From: Candidatus Acidiferrales bacterium
GTDB taxonomy: Bacteria; Acidobacteriota; Terriglobia; Acidiferrales; UBA7541
Assembly: GCA_035295105.1 (NCBI GenBank)
Contig: DATGJQ010000063.1
Location: 3,671 to 67,670 of the forward strand
Direction: 5' to 3'
DNA: 64,000 nucleotides
Every line of letters starts with the position of its first letter. Within the stretch, counting starts at the first letter, position 1. Below are positions 34,815 to 44,933 of this stretch, in pieces. The notes beneath the pieces were generated by a model. It worked only from the letters and a program-made list of their open reading frames with translations, searched no databases and was not told the DNA's origin. A program made the position numbers and the translations under genes.

Positions 34815-37160
34815 TCAAAATCCAACTTTCAAGCGGGCGCCCACGCTGGCTTGCGGCGCAACCGCCGTTCCCGAGAAAAGGCTGGCGAAATTAATCACGT
34901 TGACTTTGTTGGTCAGATTATGGCCTTCGATCTCCAAGGAAACTTCTTTTCCCTCTCGATGAAACAACGTCGCGCCGGCGGCCACGTTCAGCGAAAAATT
35001 CGGGCGCACGCGACCCAGGTCGAAATTCACTTCCTTCAAAATCGCAGGCCCGTATTGCTGCAGCAGGAAATCGATTTCGCCGGGATCCGGCGGCCCGCCC
35101 AAATCCGCTGGCAATCCGCTGCCGTAATCCGCGGACGTCGCGAACCACAGCCGCTCCATGGCCTGAAAGCGCACGTTCGCCCGCAATGTATTGCGCTGGT
35201 CCTGCGACACCGGGAACTTGCTGGTGTCGGAAATTCCCTCGGTATCGCTACCCAAAAACAATCCGCCGGTGATGGGTCCCTGGCCGGTGCCCGTCTGATT
35301 CGAGTAGCTCAGCACGCCGGAAAATCGGCCCCAACGCGGAACGGCAATTTGGATTTCCTCGCCGGAAATCACCGCCGACAAAAACGCGATGGGAAAACTG
35401 ACGCCGGTATCGAACAGCACATCGTCGTCGGAATAATTCCTGAAATCGCGCCGGAAAACATTTCCATCGATTCGCAGCTTTCCTGCAAAGGATTTTGTGA
35501 ATCCCACTTCGTAGTAGTTCGCGCGGGCCGGCTCGACCGGCAGCCGAACCACCAGGCTGCTGACCGAGTTCAGTTGCGGCGAGCTCGCCAGCAGCAGGTT
35601 TTCCATGGCCGGCGTCTGGAAAACGCGATCGTAGGACGCGTGAACCAGCAGGTTGAGCGGGGAAATGAATCGGGAAACCGCGACGCGCGGGCTCCATGCC
35701 GATTCATTCACCACAAACCCGTAGTGATCGAACCGCAATCCAGCGCTGATGTTCCATTTGCCAAGGCGGATCTGGTCCTGCACGTAGGCGGACGGCTCGA
35801 TGTCCCAGCGGTGATCCGAAAATGGCGGCGCAAGCGTCAAGGCCGTGCCGGCGTCAAATTGCGTCGGATCGGTGATCTGATACTGGAGGTTTTCATTCAC
35901 CGAACTGAAAATTCCATCCAGCCCGATCTTCCATTCGTGGCGCCCGTGGTGTCCGGCGAGGTCCGCGCGCGCATAGCCCTCGCGATAGCCGCGGTCCTGC
36001 GAGACGATGACCGGCGTTGAATCGGGATTGGAATTTAAAAGGGCGTAGACGTCGCGGACGCTTCCCGCAACGCTCAAAAGAATGTCCGGCGAGAAGGCAT
36101 GCGAGTACTGTACCCGGCCGGATGTTTCCTTCTGTTTGGAATCCTGGCGCTGCCCCGCTTCCTGCTGCACCAGTTCGTTGGGCACCTCATAGCGAACCGC
36201 GTGCTGCACGAAGGTAAAAAATAGCCGATCGCCGTTCGAGAAATCCCGTTCGTACGACGATGAAAATCCGCCGGCGTTGCCGATGTTTGTGTAATTCTGA
36301 AGAACGGGCGGGTCGAGATACCGGTCGGTGTGAAATCCGTTTCCGGTGATGGAAAACCGGTTCTCTCCGCTGGAATAAGAGAGCGCGCCGTCCCCTGAGG
36401 CTGAAGAAAAACTTCCGCCCTCAGCCGTGAATTCTCCATGCAGGCCCGAAGGATTGTTTTTGGGGGACGTCACTTCCACGACACCACCCAACTTGCGGCC
36501 ATATTCGGCCGGAAATCCGGAGGTCATCACCCGCATGGATTCAACTTCATTCGATTCGATCGGGGGCGCATATCCCAGGGAGCGGTTTTCGGTCAGCGGC
36601 AGTCCATCCATCACGAACTGGACGTCGTACTCCGAGCCGCGTGGGTGCAACACGCCGTTCGATTCATACAGCCACCCGGGCTGATTATTCACTACATCCA
36701 GGGTTCCGCGCCCCGGCCGCGAAGACATCTCTTCGCCAATGGTTTGCGCGCCAATGGTGTAGACCGCATTAGTCCGCGACGGGTCGATCAGTGTCGCTGT
36801 CTCGCTGACCTGCATCTGGGTTTCGACGGGCTTCAATCCCAGCGTCAGCGCCAGATGCTGCGGCACCATCGAGCGGATCTCCACCATTTGAACTGTGGGA
36901 ACAAATCCAGACCGCGACAAGCTCAAGCGGTAGACGCCAAACGCCAGATCCTGCGCGGCATAACGGCCGTCATCGCCTACCGTAAAGTTCAGGTGAAATT
37001 GGTTTACTTCGCTGACGAGTTCGCCGGATGCGCTCAGCACCGCACCCTGTGGATCATGCACTTCGATCTGCAACTCGCCGCGGTCCCGCTGCGCGGCGGC
37101 AGGCGAGATGCAAAGCCCGATACATCCCAGCAATCCGACGATTTGAAGGAACCGCGCCAT
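34815..37160 (-). CDS. TonB-dependent receptor with N-terminal carboxypeptidase-regulatory-like domain
   Basis: Signal peptide, then a CarbopepD_reg-like beta-sandwich (LQIEVHDPQGAVL...GVYRLSLSRSGF), a plug (RPGRGTLDVVNNQPGW) and a long beta-barrel ending in an aromatic residue (LKVGF). Confidence 0.88.
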   Translation of the reverse strand: MARFLQIVGLLGCIGLCISPAAAQRDRGELQIEVHDPQGAVLSASGELVSEVNQFHLNFTVGDDGRYAAQDLAFGVYRLSLSRSGFVPTVQMVEIRSMVPQHLALTLGLKPVETQMQVSETATLIDPSRTNAVYTIGAQTIGEEMSSRPGRGTLDVVNNQPGWLYESNGVLHPRGSEYDVQFVMDGLPLTENRSLGYAPPIESNEVESMRVMTSGFPAEYGRKLGGVVEVTSPKNNPSGLHGEFTAEGGSFSSASGDGALSYSSGENRFSITGNGFHTDRYLDPPVLQNYTNIGNAGGFSSSYERDFSNGDRLFFTFVQHAVRYEVPNELVQQEAGQRQDSKQKETSGRVQYSHAFSPDILLSVAGSVRDVYALLNSNPDSTPVIVSQDRGYREGYARADLAGHHGRHEWKIGLDGIFSSVNENLQYQITDPTQFDAGTALTLAPPFSDHRWDIEPSAYVQDQIRLGKWNISAGLRFDHYGFVVNESAWSPRVAVSRFISPLNLLVHASYDRVFQTPAMENLLLASSPQLNSVSSLVVRLPVEPARANYYEVGFTKSFAGKLRIDGNVFRRDFRNYSDDDVLFDTGVSFPIAFLSAVISGEEIQIAVPRWGRFSGVLSYSNQTGTGQGPITGGLFLGSDTEGISDTSKFPVSQDQRNTLRANVRFQAMERLWFATSADYGSGLPADLGGPPDPGEIDFLLQQYGPAILKEVNFDLGRVRPNFSLNVAAGATLFHREGKEVSLEIEGHNLTNKVNVINFASLFSGTAVAPQASVGARLKVGF

Positions 37161-37349
37161 TGGGACTTAACTGCCCGGACGGGATCGGCCCGTTTCACGC
37201 TTCATGAGCGCCGATTTTGACATGCCGCGTGCCGAACGTCCTGTAAGCATATCGTAAAAAACGAACGACGTGATCGCGAAATCCCGCAGCGATGAAAGAC
37301 TGGCAATCCCCTGGTTCCTTTGGCGGTTGGAAAATCTTCGCCGGGGTTG

Positions 37350-38276
37350 TTATCGAGGAGGCGTCTTTTCCAGCGCAGCGCGGTCCCAATGCCCCAGATC
37401 GGCCGCGGCATCGTAGGTGCTCTGGCAAAACTCCAGCAACGCTTCCCGGGGCGACTGCGCGGTGCGCACGCTGTCGTACATCAGCAGAAATTCTCCGAGT
37501 TGCTGCTGGTAAAAGGCCGCCGCGGGACGCACGGCGCGCGCTCCAAAGCCTTCCGGCGCCGGTGCGGCGTAGGAATAGAATGCCGCTCCCTTGACGTCTC
37601 CGCCGCCGGGCCAGAAGCCCACGCTGCTCACTTCGTGCGAGTAGGCCTCGCGGGTGATCGGGTCCGCGCCGGGGCGCTCCGGCGCGCGCCGCCCGGAAAA
37701 CCGCGTCACCGCCAGATCGAAGCTGCCCCAAAAGAAATGCACCGGACTCACTTTGCCGATGAACCCGGAACGAAATTCCTTGAAGATGGCGTCGACCGCG
37801 ACCAGAATTCGCCAGAACGCGTTGGCGTATCGCGGATCGTACGCGCCATGAACGCGATCCTGATTGAACCGAATGGGATTGGGAATTTCCACCGGCATGT
37901 TCCAAATTTTCGGTTCGATCTCGAGAGTCGTGAGAATCTCCAGGAACGCGGTGTAAAACTCCGCAACCGTGCGCGGCTCCAAAAGCATGCTGCGCGTTTC
38001 GCCCCACGACGTGATGACATCGAGCCGGTGATCGATAAAATCGAAGTGAACTTCAAACACTCCGTCGTCATAAGGAATGGGCGACGTCGTCAGTCCGCGC
38101 GCGCTCACATACAGCGGCACTTCCCACCAGTGATTCACGCGCGGAGCGAGCGCCAGCCGCACTTTGCCCACAATCTGCGTCCACATGTGCAGCGTGGCAT
38201 AGGTGTCCGCCCATTCCGAGAGCGGCAGAGCCGGCCAGGATTCCGAGGAGTCCACGAGCGGTTTCGCGACTGACAT
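37350..38276 (-). CDS. DUF5996-family protein
   Basis: WPALPLSEWADTYATLHMWTQIVGKVRLALAPRVNHWWEVPLYVSARGLTTSPIPY matches my recollection of the DUF5996 N-terminal signature. ATG 38276 follows GGGGAGGAAAAA. Confidence 0.6.
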   Translation of the reverse strand: MSVAKPLVDSSESWPALPLSEWADTYATLHMWTQIVGKVRLALAPRVNHWWEVPLYVSARGLTTSPIPYDDGVFEVHFDFIDHRLDVITSWGETRSMLLEPRTVAEFYTAFLEILTTLEIEPKIWNMPVEIPNPIRFNQDRVHGAYDPRYANAFWRILVAVDAIFKEFRSGFIGKVSPVHFFWGSFDLAVTRFSGRRAPERPGADPITREAYSHEVSSVGFWPGGGDVKGAAFYSYAAPAPEGFGARAVRPAAAFYQQQLGEFLLMYDSVRTAQSPREALLEFCQSTYDAAADLGHWDRAALEKTPPR

Positions 38277-38320
38277 TTTTTCCTCCCCTTCGCCGATTCT
38301 GTCGGGCCGTAAGTTAGCGG

Positions 38321-38584
38321 TTAGTCCAGCATCAAATCGTCCACGTAGCACCAGCGCCAGTCTTCTCCCGGCTCAATGGACTGGACGATGGGATGCTTGG
38401 TGCGGTGAAAATGTTTGGTGGCGTGTTTATTTTTGGAGGAGTCGCAGCAGCCGACATGTCCGCAGATGAGGCACAGGCGAAGGTGTACCCACGTGTCCCC
38501 CATTTTCAGGCATTCCTCACAACCGTTGGTGTTTGGCTTTACGTTTTTGATTTCCTTTACGTGCGGGCAGGTTTCCGGTGCCAT
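38321..38584 (-). CDS. UBP-type zinc-finger protein
   Basis: CPHVKEI..NGCEECLKMGDTWVHLRLCLICGHVGCCDSSKNKHATKHFHRTKHPIVQSIEPGEDWRWCYVD shows the Cys/His pattern of zf-UBP. ATG 38584. Confidence 0.8.
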   Translation of the reverse strand: MAPETCPHVKEIKNVKPNTNGCEECLKMGDTWVHLRLCLICGHVGCCDSSKNKHATKHFHRTKHPIVQSIEPGEDWRWCYVDDLMLD

Positions 38585-38666
38585 GAGGTCCTCTTTCTGG
38601 ATTCCGCTTCCTTCTATGAATCGAACGTCTGCCGGTTCCCTAGCTTTACGAATGAATCCGCAGCCG

Positions 38667-38691
38667 GTGCCCGCCTGAAGGCGGGCGCTAC
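38667..38691. repeat. REP-like hairpin, family A singlet
   Basis: GTGCCCGCCTGAAGGCGGGCGCTAC. Confidence 0.85.
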
Positions 38692-38770
38692 AGGAGTTGC
38701 GCCGGCTCTGTGGTTCAGAATGCCGGCCAATTTCCCTTGTACCACAACCGTCAACAATCGGCACGTTTCG

Positions 38771-39403
38771 CTACAACCCGTTTAAACGCTTTCCGCCGCT
38801 GACGAACGGGTTGCCGTGTTCATAGAAGCGAAAGAGTTGATGCACATCGCGCGTGATTCCAATGCGAATGGAGACGCCAATTTCGCCGGCGGACCGAACC
38901 GCATCCCCCAGCCACAATTTGCCTTTCGCGCAGAGATCCACTCCGTCATAGCGCTTGTTGATGTCCATCGCTTGCGCCAGGCGCCCCGGGCCGCGCGTTA
39001 GATCGATCAGGCGCGTGGTGCCGCGCCGGCGTTCCATGAAGCGGATGCCTTCTAGTGGCTCGACGGCTCGCACCAGCACTCCCGCGCCCGTGCCCTCCAC
39101 TTCGCTGGAAACATTCATCATGAAGCACGAGCCGTAAGTGAAATACACATACGCATACCCGCGCGGAAGATACAGCGAGCGCCGGCTGGGCGTGAGGCCG
39201 CCAAAGGCGTGCGCCGCGCGATCGCCAACCGGATAGGCTTCGGTCTCAACGATGCGGCCGGCAAGGCGCACGCGCGGGAGATCGTGGACCAGCGTCTTGC
39301 CGATGAGATAGCGCGAAAGCTCCAGAGTGTCGATGGGCAGTTCGGACCGCTTCAATCGGCGAATGCGCAGCGCCGCGCGCGTGGATTTCCTGGTTGCCTG
39401 CAT
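38771..39403 (-). CDS. DNA-3-methyladenine glycosylase (Mpg/AAG family)
   Basis: LIGKTLVHD...GRIVETEAYPVGDRAAHAFGG.TPSRRSLYLPRGYAYVYFTYGSCFMMNVS is the family signature. ATG 39403 overlaps the upstream stop (TGATG). Confidence 0.9.
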   Translation of the reverse strand: MQATRKSTRAALRIRRLKRSELPIDTLELSRYLIGKTLVHDLPRVRLAGRIVETEAYPVGDRAAHAFGGLTPSRRSLYLPRGYAYVYFTYGSCFMMNVSSEVEGTGAGVLVRAVEPLEGIRFMERRRGTTRLIDLTRGPGRLAQAMDINKRYDGVDLCAKGKLWLGDAVRSAGEIGVSIRIGITRDVHQLFRFYEHGNPFVSGGKRLNGL

Positions 39404-40803
39404 CAATCCACCGGCTTGACGCTGTTCAGCAAGGCGAAAAATCCTTCGGCCAGGGTGGGATGAATGAAAACGGCGCCCTTCAATACCGTGTACGGAAGAT
39501 CGCCCAGCATCAGCGTGTAGAGCACGTGGATGAGTTCGCCTCCCTCGATGGCCAGGATGGCGGCTCCGAGAATGCGGTCGTTCGCGGCGTCCACAATCAC
39601 TTTCATCAATCCGGAGGTCTCATCGCGTTCTATGGCCCGCGCCACGTTGGACATCGGTATGGAACCGATTTTGAGCTTGTGGCCCTTGGCGCGGGCTTCT
39701 TTTTCCGTCATGCCCACACAGCCCAGTTGCGGGTCGGTGAACACGCAGTACGGCACCAGGCGATTGGCAATCGAAAGGTTTTTTCCCCGGGTCAGGTTGG
39801 CGTCAATGATTTGAAAATCGTTGTAGGAAATGTGCGTGAAGGCGGGACCTCCCTTCACGTCGCCGATCACCCAGATTCCCGGGACGTTCGTCTCCAGGCG
39901 CTCGTTGACGTGAATGAATCCCTTTTTGTCGGTTTCCACTCCCGCCTTTTCCAATCCGAGATTCTCTGTATTCGGGCCACGGCCGACGGCGCAGAGCAAA
40001 TGGGTGCCGGAAACCTCGACCGGTCCGCTGGGGCTGGCGAGAATCACTTTGACCGCGCCGCTTTTCTGTTCCACCCGAGTAGTGTTTGCATTTAACTGAA
40101 AAGTGATTCCTTCGGCGGCGAGAATTTTCTGTAACTCCGCGGCAATCTCCGGGTCCTCACGCGGAACGATCTGCGCCTGGTTGTGAATGATGGTGACTCG
40201 GCTGCCAAACCTTCGGAACATCTGGCCAAACTCCAGGCCTTCATAACCGCCGCCGAGAATGACCAGGTGTTCGGGGATCTCGAGCAGATCCATGACGTTT
40301 TCATTCGTGAGGACCGCGCCGGGGTCCAGGCCGGGAATCGGTGGAATATTCGCATGCCCGCCGGTATTGATGAAAATCTTTTCGGATTCGAGCTGTGCAT
40401 CGCCGACGCGAATGCTGTGCGGGCCGGTGAATTGCGCGAACCCGGCAAGAAGATGCAGGTTGGGAGTGCTTTGTACTTTTCTTTCCTGATTTCCCCGGAA
40501 CCTGGCGACCACCTTATTTTTTTGCGCTACGATCGCCGGCAGGTCGGCCGCGACGTTTTCGGCGCGCACGCCCCAGCGCGCGGCGTTCCGCGCGTAGTAG
40601 GCGACTTGGGCCCGATGCACCATTGTTTTGGTCGGGGTGCAGCCCGTGTTGATGCAGGTCCCGCCCAGATGCGCCTTTTCGACCAGCGCCACTTGCCAGC
40701 CGAGATCCACAAAGCGCAGCGCCAGCGGCCAGCCGCCCTGCCCTGCCCCGATCACGATCGCGTCATAGCGCATGAGAAATCTCCGCCCCACGGGAAACGG
40801 CAA
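39403..40803 (-). CDS. FAD-dependent pyridine nucleotide-disulfide oxidoreductase (mercuric-reductase/lipoamide-dehydrogenase-like)
   Basis: YDAIVIGAGQGG, the redox-active disulfide GGTCINTGCTPTK, the NAD site LVILGGGYEGLEFGQ, and a C-terminal dimerisation domain (HPTLAEG). No N-terminal metal-binding (NmerA) domain. Confidence 0.8.
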   Translation of the reverse strand: MPFPVGRRFLMRYDAIVIGAGQGGWPLALRFVDLGWQVALVEKAHLGGTCINTGCTPTKTMVHRAQVAYYARNAARWGVRAENVAADLPAIVAQKNKVVARFRGNQERKVQSTPNLHLLAGFAQFTGPHSIRVGDAQLESEKIFINTGGHANIPPIPGLDPGAVLTNENVMDLLEIPEHLVILGGGYEGLEFGQMFRRFGSRVTIIHNQAQIVPREDPEIAAELQKILAAEGITFQLNANTTRVEQKSGAVKVILASPSGPVEVSGTHLLCAVGRGPNTENLGLEKAGVETDKKGFIHVNERLETNVPGIWVIGDVKGGPAFTHISYNDFQIIDANLTRGKNLSIANRLVPYCVFTDPQLGCVGMTEKEARAKGHKLKIGSIPMSNVARAIERDETSGLMKVIVDAANDRILGAAILAIEGGELIHVLYTLMLGDLPYTVLKGAVFIHPTLAEGFFALLNSVKPVD

Positions 40804-40874
40804 GCACCCGTCATTTATTCCATGCCCGGGGGAAATTCACAAGGCGAGGAGCACAAACGCCGCGCAATCCGGGT

Positions 40875-40935
40875 GTAGCGCCCGCCTTCAGGCGGGCAAT
40901 GTGCAACCGAGCAGATGCCCGCCTGAAGGCGGTAC
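40875..40935. repeat. REPIN-like inverted doublet, family A (right arm truncated)
   Basis: GTAGCGCCCGCCTTCAGGCGGGCA ... TGCCCGCCTGAAGGCGGTAC. Confidence 0.85.
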
Positions 40936-40967
40936 ACGAGGCAAACTCCACTCTCCGGCGGTGAGGG

Positions 40968-43900
40968 CTACTCGAGGATGAGCAGCAGATCCTTGGCTTC
41001 GACTTTATCTCCCACGCTTGCCAATTTTTTCGCGACCTTGCCGTCGACCGGCGCGTAGACCGTGGATTGCATTTTCATGGCTTCCAGCACCAGCAGGCGG
41101 TCGCCCTTTTTCACCTGCTCGCCGACTTCCACGACGATGCTGGAGATCGCGCCCGGAATGGGCGAGCCGACGTGCCCCGGGATCGCCGGGTCCGCCTTGG
41201 GCCGCGTCTGTACCGTCGCCCGCAGAGCCTGATCGCGGACGGTGACTTCCCGCGGCTGGCCATTCAACTCGAAGAAAATCGTCCGCGTTCCGTCAGGCCG
41301 GGCGTCGCTGACCGACAGCAGCTTGATCACCAGGATTTTTCCCGGCTCGAGTTCGACCGCGATTTCCTGGCCCTGTTCCAACCCGTAAAAAAATTGCGGT
41401 GTCGGCAGCACTTCCAGATTCCCGTATGCCGCGCGCGCCGCGGCAAATTTCAGGAACACGTCCGGATACATCAGGTAGCTCATCAGGTCGGTATCGGATA
41501 TTTTTTCTTCCGTCTTCTTCTCTACCGTCGCGCGGGTGGACTCCAGATCGATAGGCGCGAGGCGCTCGCCGAGCCGCCCAGTCATCGGCTGCGCGCCGCG
41601 CAGGATCACCGACTGCAGCTTCGGCGGCCAGCCGCCTTCAGGCTCGCCGAGCGCCCCGGCAAACATTTCCACCACTGAATTCGGCAGCGTGAGATTGTGA
41701 TTCGGCCCCAGACGCTCCAGGTCTTTCACCGTCATATCGTGGCTGACCAGAAAAATCGCGCAGTCACCGACCACCTTGCTCGAGGGCGTCACTTTCACGA
41801 TGTCGCCGAACGCGAAGTTCAATTCCGCGTACGTGTGGGCAATTTCCTGCCACCGCGCGCCGAGGCCCATCGATTCCGCCTGCTCGCGCAGGTTTGTGTA
41901 CTGCCCGCCGGGCATTTCGTGGATGTAAACCTCCGCTGTGCCGGCGGGCGGGGCGTTGTCAAACGGCCGGTACCACGTGCGCGCCGTTTCCCAATAATCC
42001 GCGCAGGCATTCAGCGCGCCGAGATCGAGGCCGGTATCGCGCGGCGTGTTCTTCAGCGCGGCCACCACGGAATTCAAGTTCGGCTGGCTGGTGGTGCCGC
42101 TCATGGAGGCAATCGCCGCGTCCGCGGCATTCACGCCGGCTTCCGATGCTTTCAGGATTGACGCCGCATTGATGCCGCTCGTGTCATGCGTGTGAAAGTG
42201 GATTGGCAACGCGATTTCTTCGCGCAACACGGAGAACAGCCGCTCCGCCGCGTACGGTTTGCACAATCCGCCCATATCCTTGATGCACAGAATGTGCGCG
42301 CCCATATTTTCCAGCTCTTTGGCCAGCCGCACGTAATACTGCAGCGGATATTTGTCGCGCTTGGGATCGAGAATGTCGCCGGTGTAGCAGATGGCCGCTT
42401 CGCAGACTTTGTCGGTGCGATTGCGGATGGTCTCCAGCGACAGCTTCATGTTGGGCAGCCAGTTGAGCGCGTCGAAGACGCGAAAAATATCGATGCCCTG
42501 CCGGGCCGATTCCAGAATGAAAGCCTCGACCGCGTTGTCCGGATAGGCGGAATAACCCACGCCGTTGGCCGAGCGAAATAGCATCTGGAAACAGATGTTG
42601 GGAATGGCTTCGCGCAGAAGTTCGAGGCGCGCCCAGGGATCCTCCAGCAGAAATCGCATGGACACGTCGAACGTCGCGCCGCCCCACATTTCCAGGCTGT
42701 AGAGATTGTGCAGCCGGTGCGCCACGAAATTGGAAATGGCCAGTAAATCGTAGGTGCGCACGCGCGTGGCCATCAGCGACTGGTGCGCGTCGCGAAACGT
42801 CGTGTCCGTCATCAAAAGCTGTTTCTGCGATTTCGTCCATTCGGCGAATTTTTCAGGGCCGAGTTTTTCGAGAAGCTGCCTGGTTCCGGTGGGAGGCGCT
42901 CCCGTGATATGCGCGGGCAGCGGAGCGGGGCGGATCGATTGCGGCCTGGGCTTGCCGGCCACTTCGGGATTGCCGTTCACGATCACTTCGCCGAGGTAAC
43001 GCAGGAGCCGCGTGGCACGATCCTTCAGTTGCGCGAACTGAAACAGCTCCGGCGTTTCCGCGAGAAACGAAGTGGTGACTCCGCCGGCCTGAAAACGTTC
43101 GTGGTTCACCACGTTCACGAGGAACGGGATGTTGGTCTTCACGCCGCGAATGCGAAACTCGCGCAGCGACCGGTCCATGCGGCGGCAGGCTTGCGGAAAC
43201 TCGCGGCCCCAGGCGGTGACCTTCACCAGCAGCGAATCGTAGAACGGCGTGATGACTGCGCCGCCGTATGCCGAGGCGCCGTCCAGGCGAATGCCGAATC
43301 CCGCGGGCGACCGGTACGTTTGAATCTTTCCGTAATCGGGTAGAAACCCGTTGGCAGGGTCTTCCGTCGTCACGCGGCACTGCAGCGCATATCCGTGGAG
43401 CGGAATATCTTTCTGCCGGGGCAGATTCATTTCCGGGCCGTGCAAGTCATAACCCTGGGCGATCTGAATCTGCGACTGCACGATGTCGATGCCGGTCACC
43501 ATTTCGGTGACGGTATGCTCCACCTGCACGCGCGGGTTCACTTCGATGAAAAACCATTCGCCGGAATCGGCGTCGACCAGGAATTCCACGGTCGCCGCGC
43601 TGTAATATTTGGACTCCCGCGCCAGCGCCACCGCCGCGTCCGCGAGCCCTTTGCGAATCTTGGGATCGAGATTGACGGCCGGCGCAACCTCCACCACTTT
43701 CTGATTGCGGCGCTGCACCGAACAATCGCGCTCATGCAGGTGCAGAACGTTTCCATGCGTGTCGGCCAGGATTTGCACTTCGATGTGCCGCGCGCGCCGG
43801 ATGTAGCGTTCCAGAAAAACAGCGTCATTGCCGAAAGACGCTCCGGCCTCGGCACGCGCCTCCTGCAGGCCGGATAGCAGCAATTGCGCGCTCTGCACCA

Positions 43901-44417
43901 CGCGCATGCCGCGCCCGCCGCCTCCGAACGCCGCCTTCACAATCAGCGGATAGCCGATTTTGTCGGCGATCTTTTGCGCGTCATCCTTTTGCGTGACCGG
44001 CTCTTCCGTGCCCGGCACGACCCTCAACCCGGCCTTTTGCGCCAGCCGCCGCGCCGCCGTCTTGTCACCCAGCAAGTCCAACAGATCCGCGCTCGGACCG
44101 ACAAAAGTAATTCCCGCCGCTGCGCACGCCCGCGGCAACGCCGGATTTTCCGAGAGGAAGCCGTAACCCGGATGAATGGCGTCGACGCCGCGTTCCTTGG
44201 CCAGCGCCACGATTCCCTGAACGTCCAGATAAGCCTGCACGGGCCCCTTGCCTTCGCCGATCAGGTAGGCTTCATCGGCCTTGAATCGGTGCAGGCTGAG
44301 GCGATCCTCATCCGAATACACGGCGGCAGTGCGGATTTTCAATTCGTTGGCCGCGCGGAAAATGCGGATGGCGATTTCCCCGCGATTCAGTGCCAGTAGC
44401 TTTTTTATGGTTGGCAT
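40968..44417 (-). CDS. pyc: pyruvate carboxylase (single-chain)
   Basis: 1149 aa with a biotin carboxylase N-terminal domain (KLLALNRGEIAIRIFRA..., EVNPRVQVEHTVTE), a carboxyltransferase domain (FDVSMRFLLEDPW, HFHTHDTSG) and a C-terminal biotinyl site (LEAMKMQ). Confidence 0.97.
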   Translation of the reverse strand: MPTIKKLLALNRGEIAIRIFRAANELKIRTAAVYSDEDRLSLHRFKADEAYLIGEGKGPVQAYLDVQGIVALAKERGVDAIHPGYGFLSENPALPRACAAAGITFVGPSADLLDLLGDKTAARRLAQKAGLRVVPGTEEPVTQKDDAQKIADKIGYPLIVKAAFGGGGRGMRVVQSAQLLLSGLQEARAEAGASFGNDAVFLERYIRRARHIEVQILADTHGNVLHLHERDCSVQRRNQKVVEVAPAVNLDPKIRKGLADAAVALARESKYYSAATVEFLVDADSGEWFFIEVNPRVQVEHTVTEMVTGIDIVQSQIQIAQGYDLHGPEMNLPRQKDIPLHGYALQCRVTTEDPANGFLPDYGKIQTYRSPAGFGIRLDGASAYGGAVITPFYDSLLVKVTAWGREFPQACRRMDRSLREFRIRGVKTNIPFLVNVVNHERFQAGGVTTSFLAETPELFQFAQLKDRATRLLRYLGEVIVNGNPEVAGKPRPQSIRPAPLPAHITGAPPTGTRQLLEKLGPEKFAEWTKSQKQLLMTDTTFRDAHQSLMATRVRTYDLLAISNFVAHRLHNLYSLEMWGGATFDVSMRFLLEDPWARLELLREAIPNICFQMLFRSANGVGYSAYPDNAVEAFILESARQGIDIFRVFDALNWLPNMKLSLETIRNRTDKVCEAAICYTGDILDPKRDKYPLQYYVRLAKELENMGAHILCIKDMGGLCKPYAAERLFSVLREEIALPIHFHTHDTSGINAASILKASEAGVNAADAAIASMSGTTSQPNLNSVVAALKNTPRDTGLDLGALNACADYWETARTWYRPFDNAPPAGTAEVYIHEMPGGQYTNLREQAESMGLGARWQEIAHTYAELNFAFGDIVKVTPSSKVVGDCAIFLVSHDMTVKDLERLGPNHNLTLPNSVVEMFAGALGEPEGGWPPKLQSVILRGAQPMTGRLGERLAPIDLESTRATVEKKTEEKISDTDLMSYLMYPDVFLKFAAARAAYGNLEVLPTPQFFYGLEQGQEIAVELEPGKILVIKLLSVSDARPDGTRTIFFELNGQPREVTVRDQALRATVQTRPKADPAIPGHVGSPIPGAISSIVVEVGEQVKKGDRLLVLEAMKMQSTVYAPVDGKVAKKLASVGDKVEAKDLLLILE

Positions 44418-44633
44418 GCGTCACAGATTCCGGGATGTCTCCCCCACTCGAAACGCACCGCATCGTCGGCGAACCTACGGCGGGGTAGGAAATCGGTTGC
44501 CCATCAGAACGAGAAGAAAAATGCCCGGCAGCAAGGCAGAGCCATCTTCTGGCCGTGGATTCTATCGCAAAACCGGAAATCCGGTCCGGTGCAATAATCT
44601 ATCCGATGGAACACCTATTTCAATCGCGCCATT

Positions 44634-44719
44634 GTGGCGCATGCTTTAGCTTGCGGCGTCTGTTTTCCACAGAAGGCAAGAACGCTGAATGATCCATCTC
44701 AAGCTAACGCATGGGCCAC
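44634..44719. repeat. REPIN-like inverted doublet, family C (degenerate)
   Basis: GTGGCGCATGCTTTAGCTTGCG ... CAAGCTAACGCATGGGCCAC. Confidence 0.7.
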
Positions 44720-44933
44720 AAATGAGCGCAGTCCAAGCCGCGCCCGGTCGCCCCCCAAAAGGCCACTTGCTACATTTTGGTTGATAATTCTTACGCTGTC
44801 ATCGTTTGACATAGCCCCCCGAACCGCCGTGGCCGGTGGTAAGGTTTGAAGTGGTAATCCTGACCCGTGTGCCTCCAGCTTGGCGCGGGATGAATGCGCC
44901 TTGCCACGCCGGGTCATGTAAGGGAGAACTACT

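Noticed and set aside
44555-44605. CGCAAAACCGGAAATCCGGTCCGGTGC upstream of the PilZ gene; considered as a c-di-GMP (GEMM-I) riboswitch fragment.
   Set aside because: It lacks the two-hairpin tetraloop/receptor organisation and the conserved GGCAAACC/GGGACGCAAAGCC blocks. It also lies ~340 nt from the start codon.
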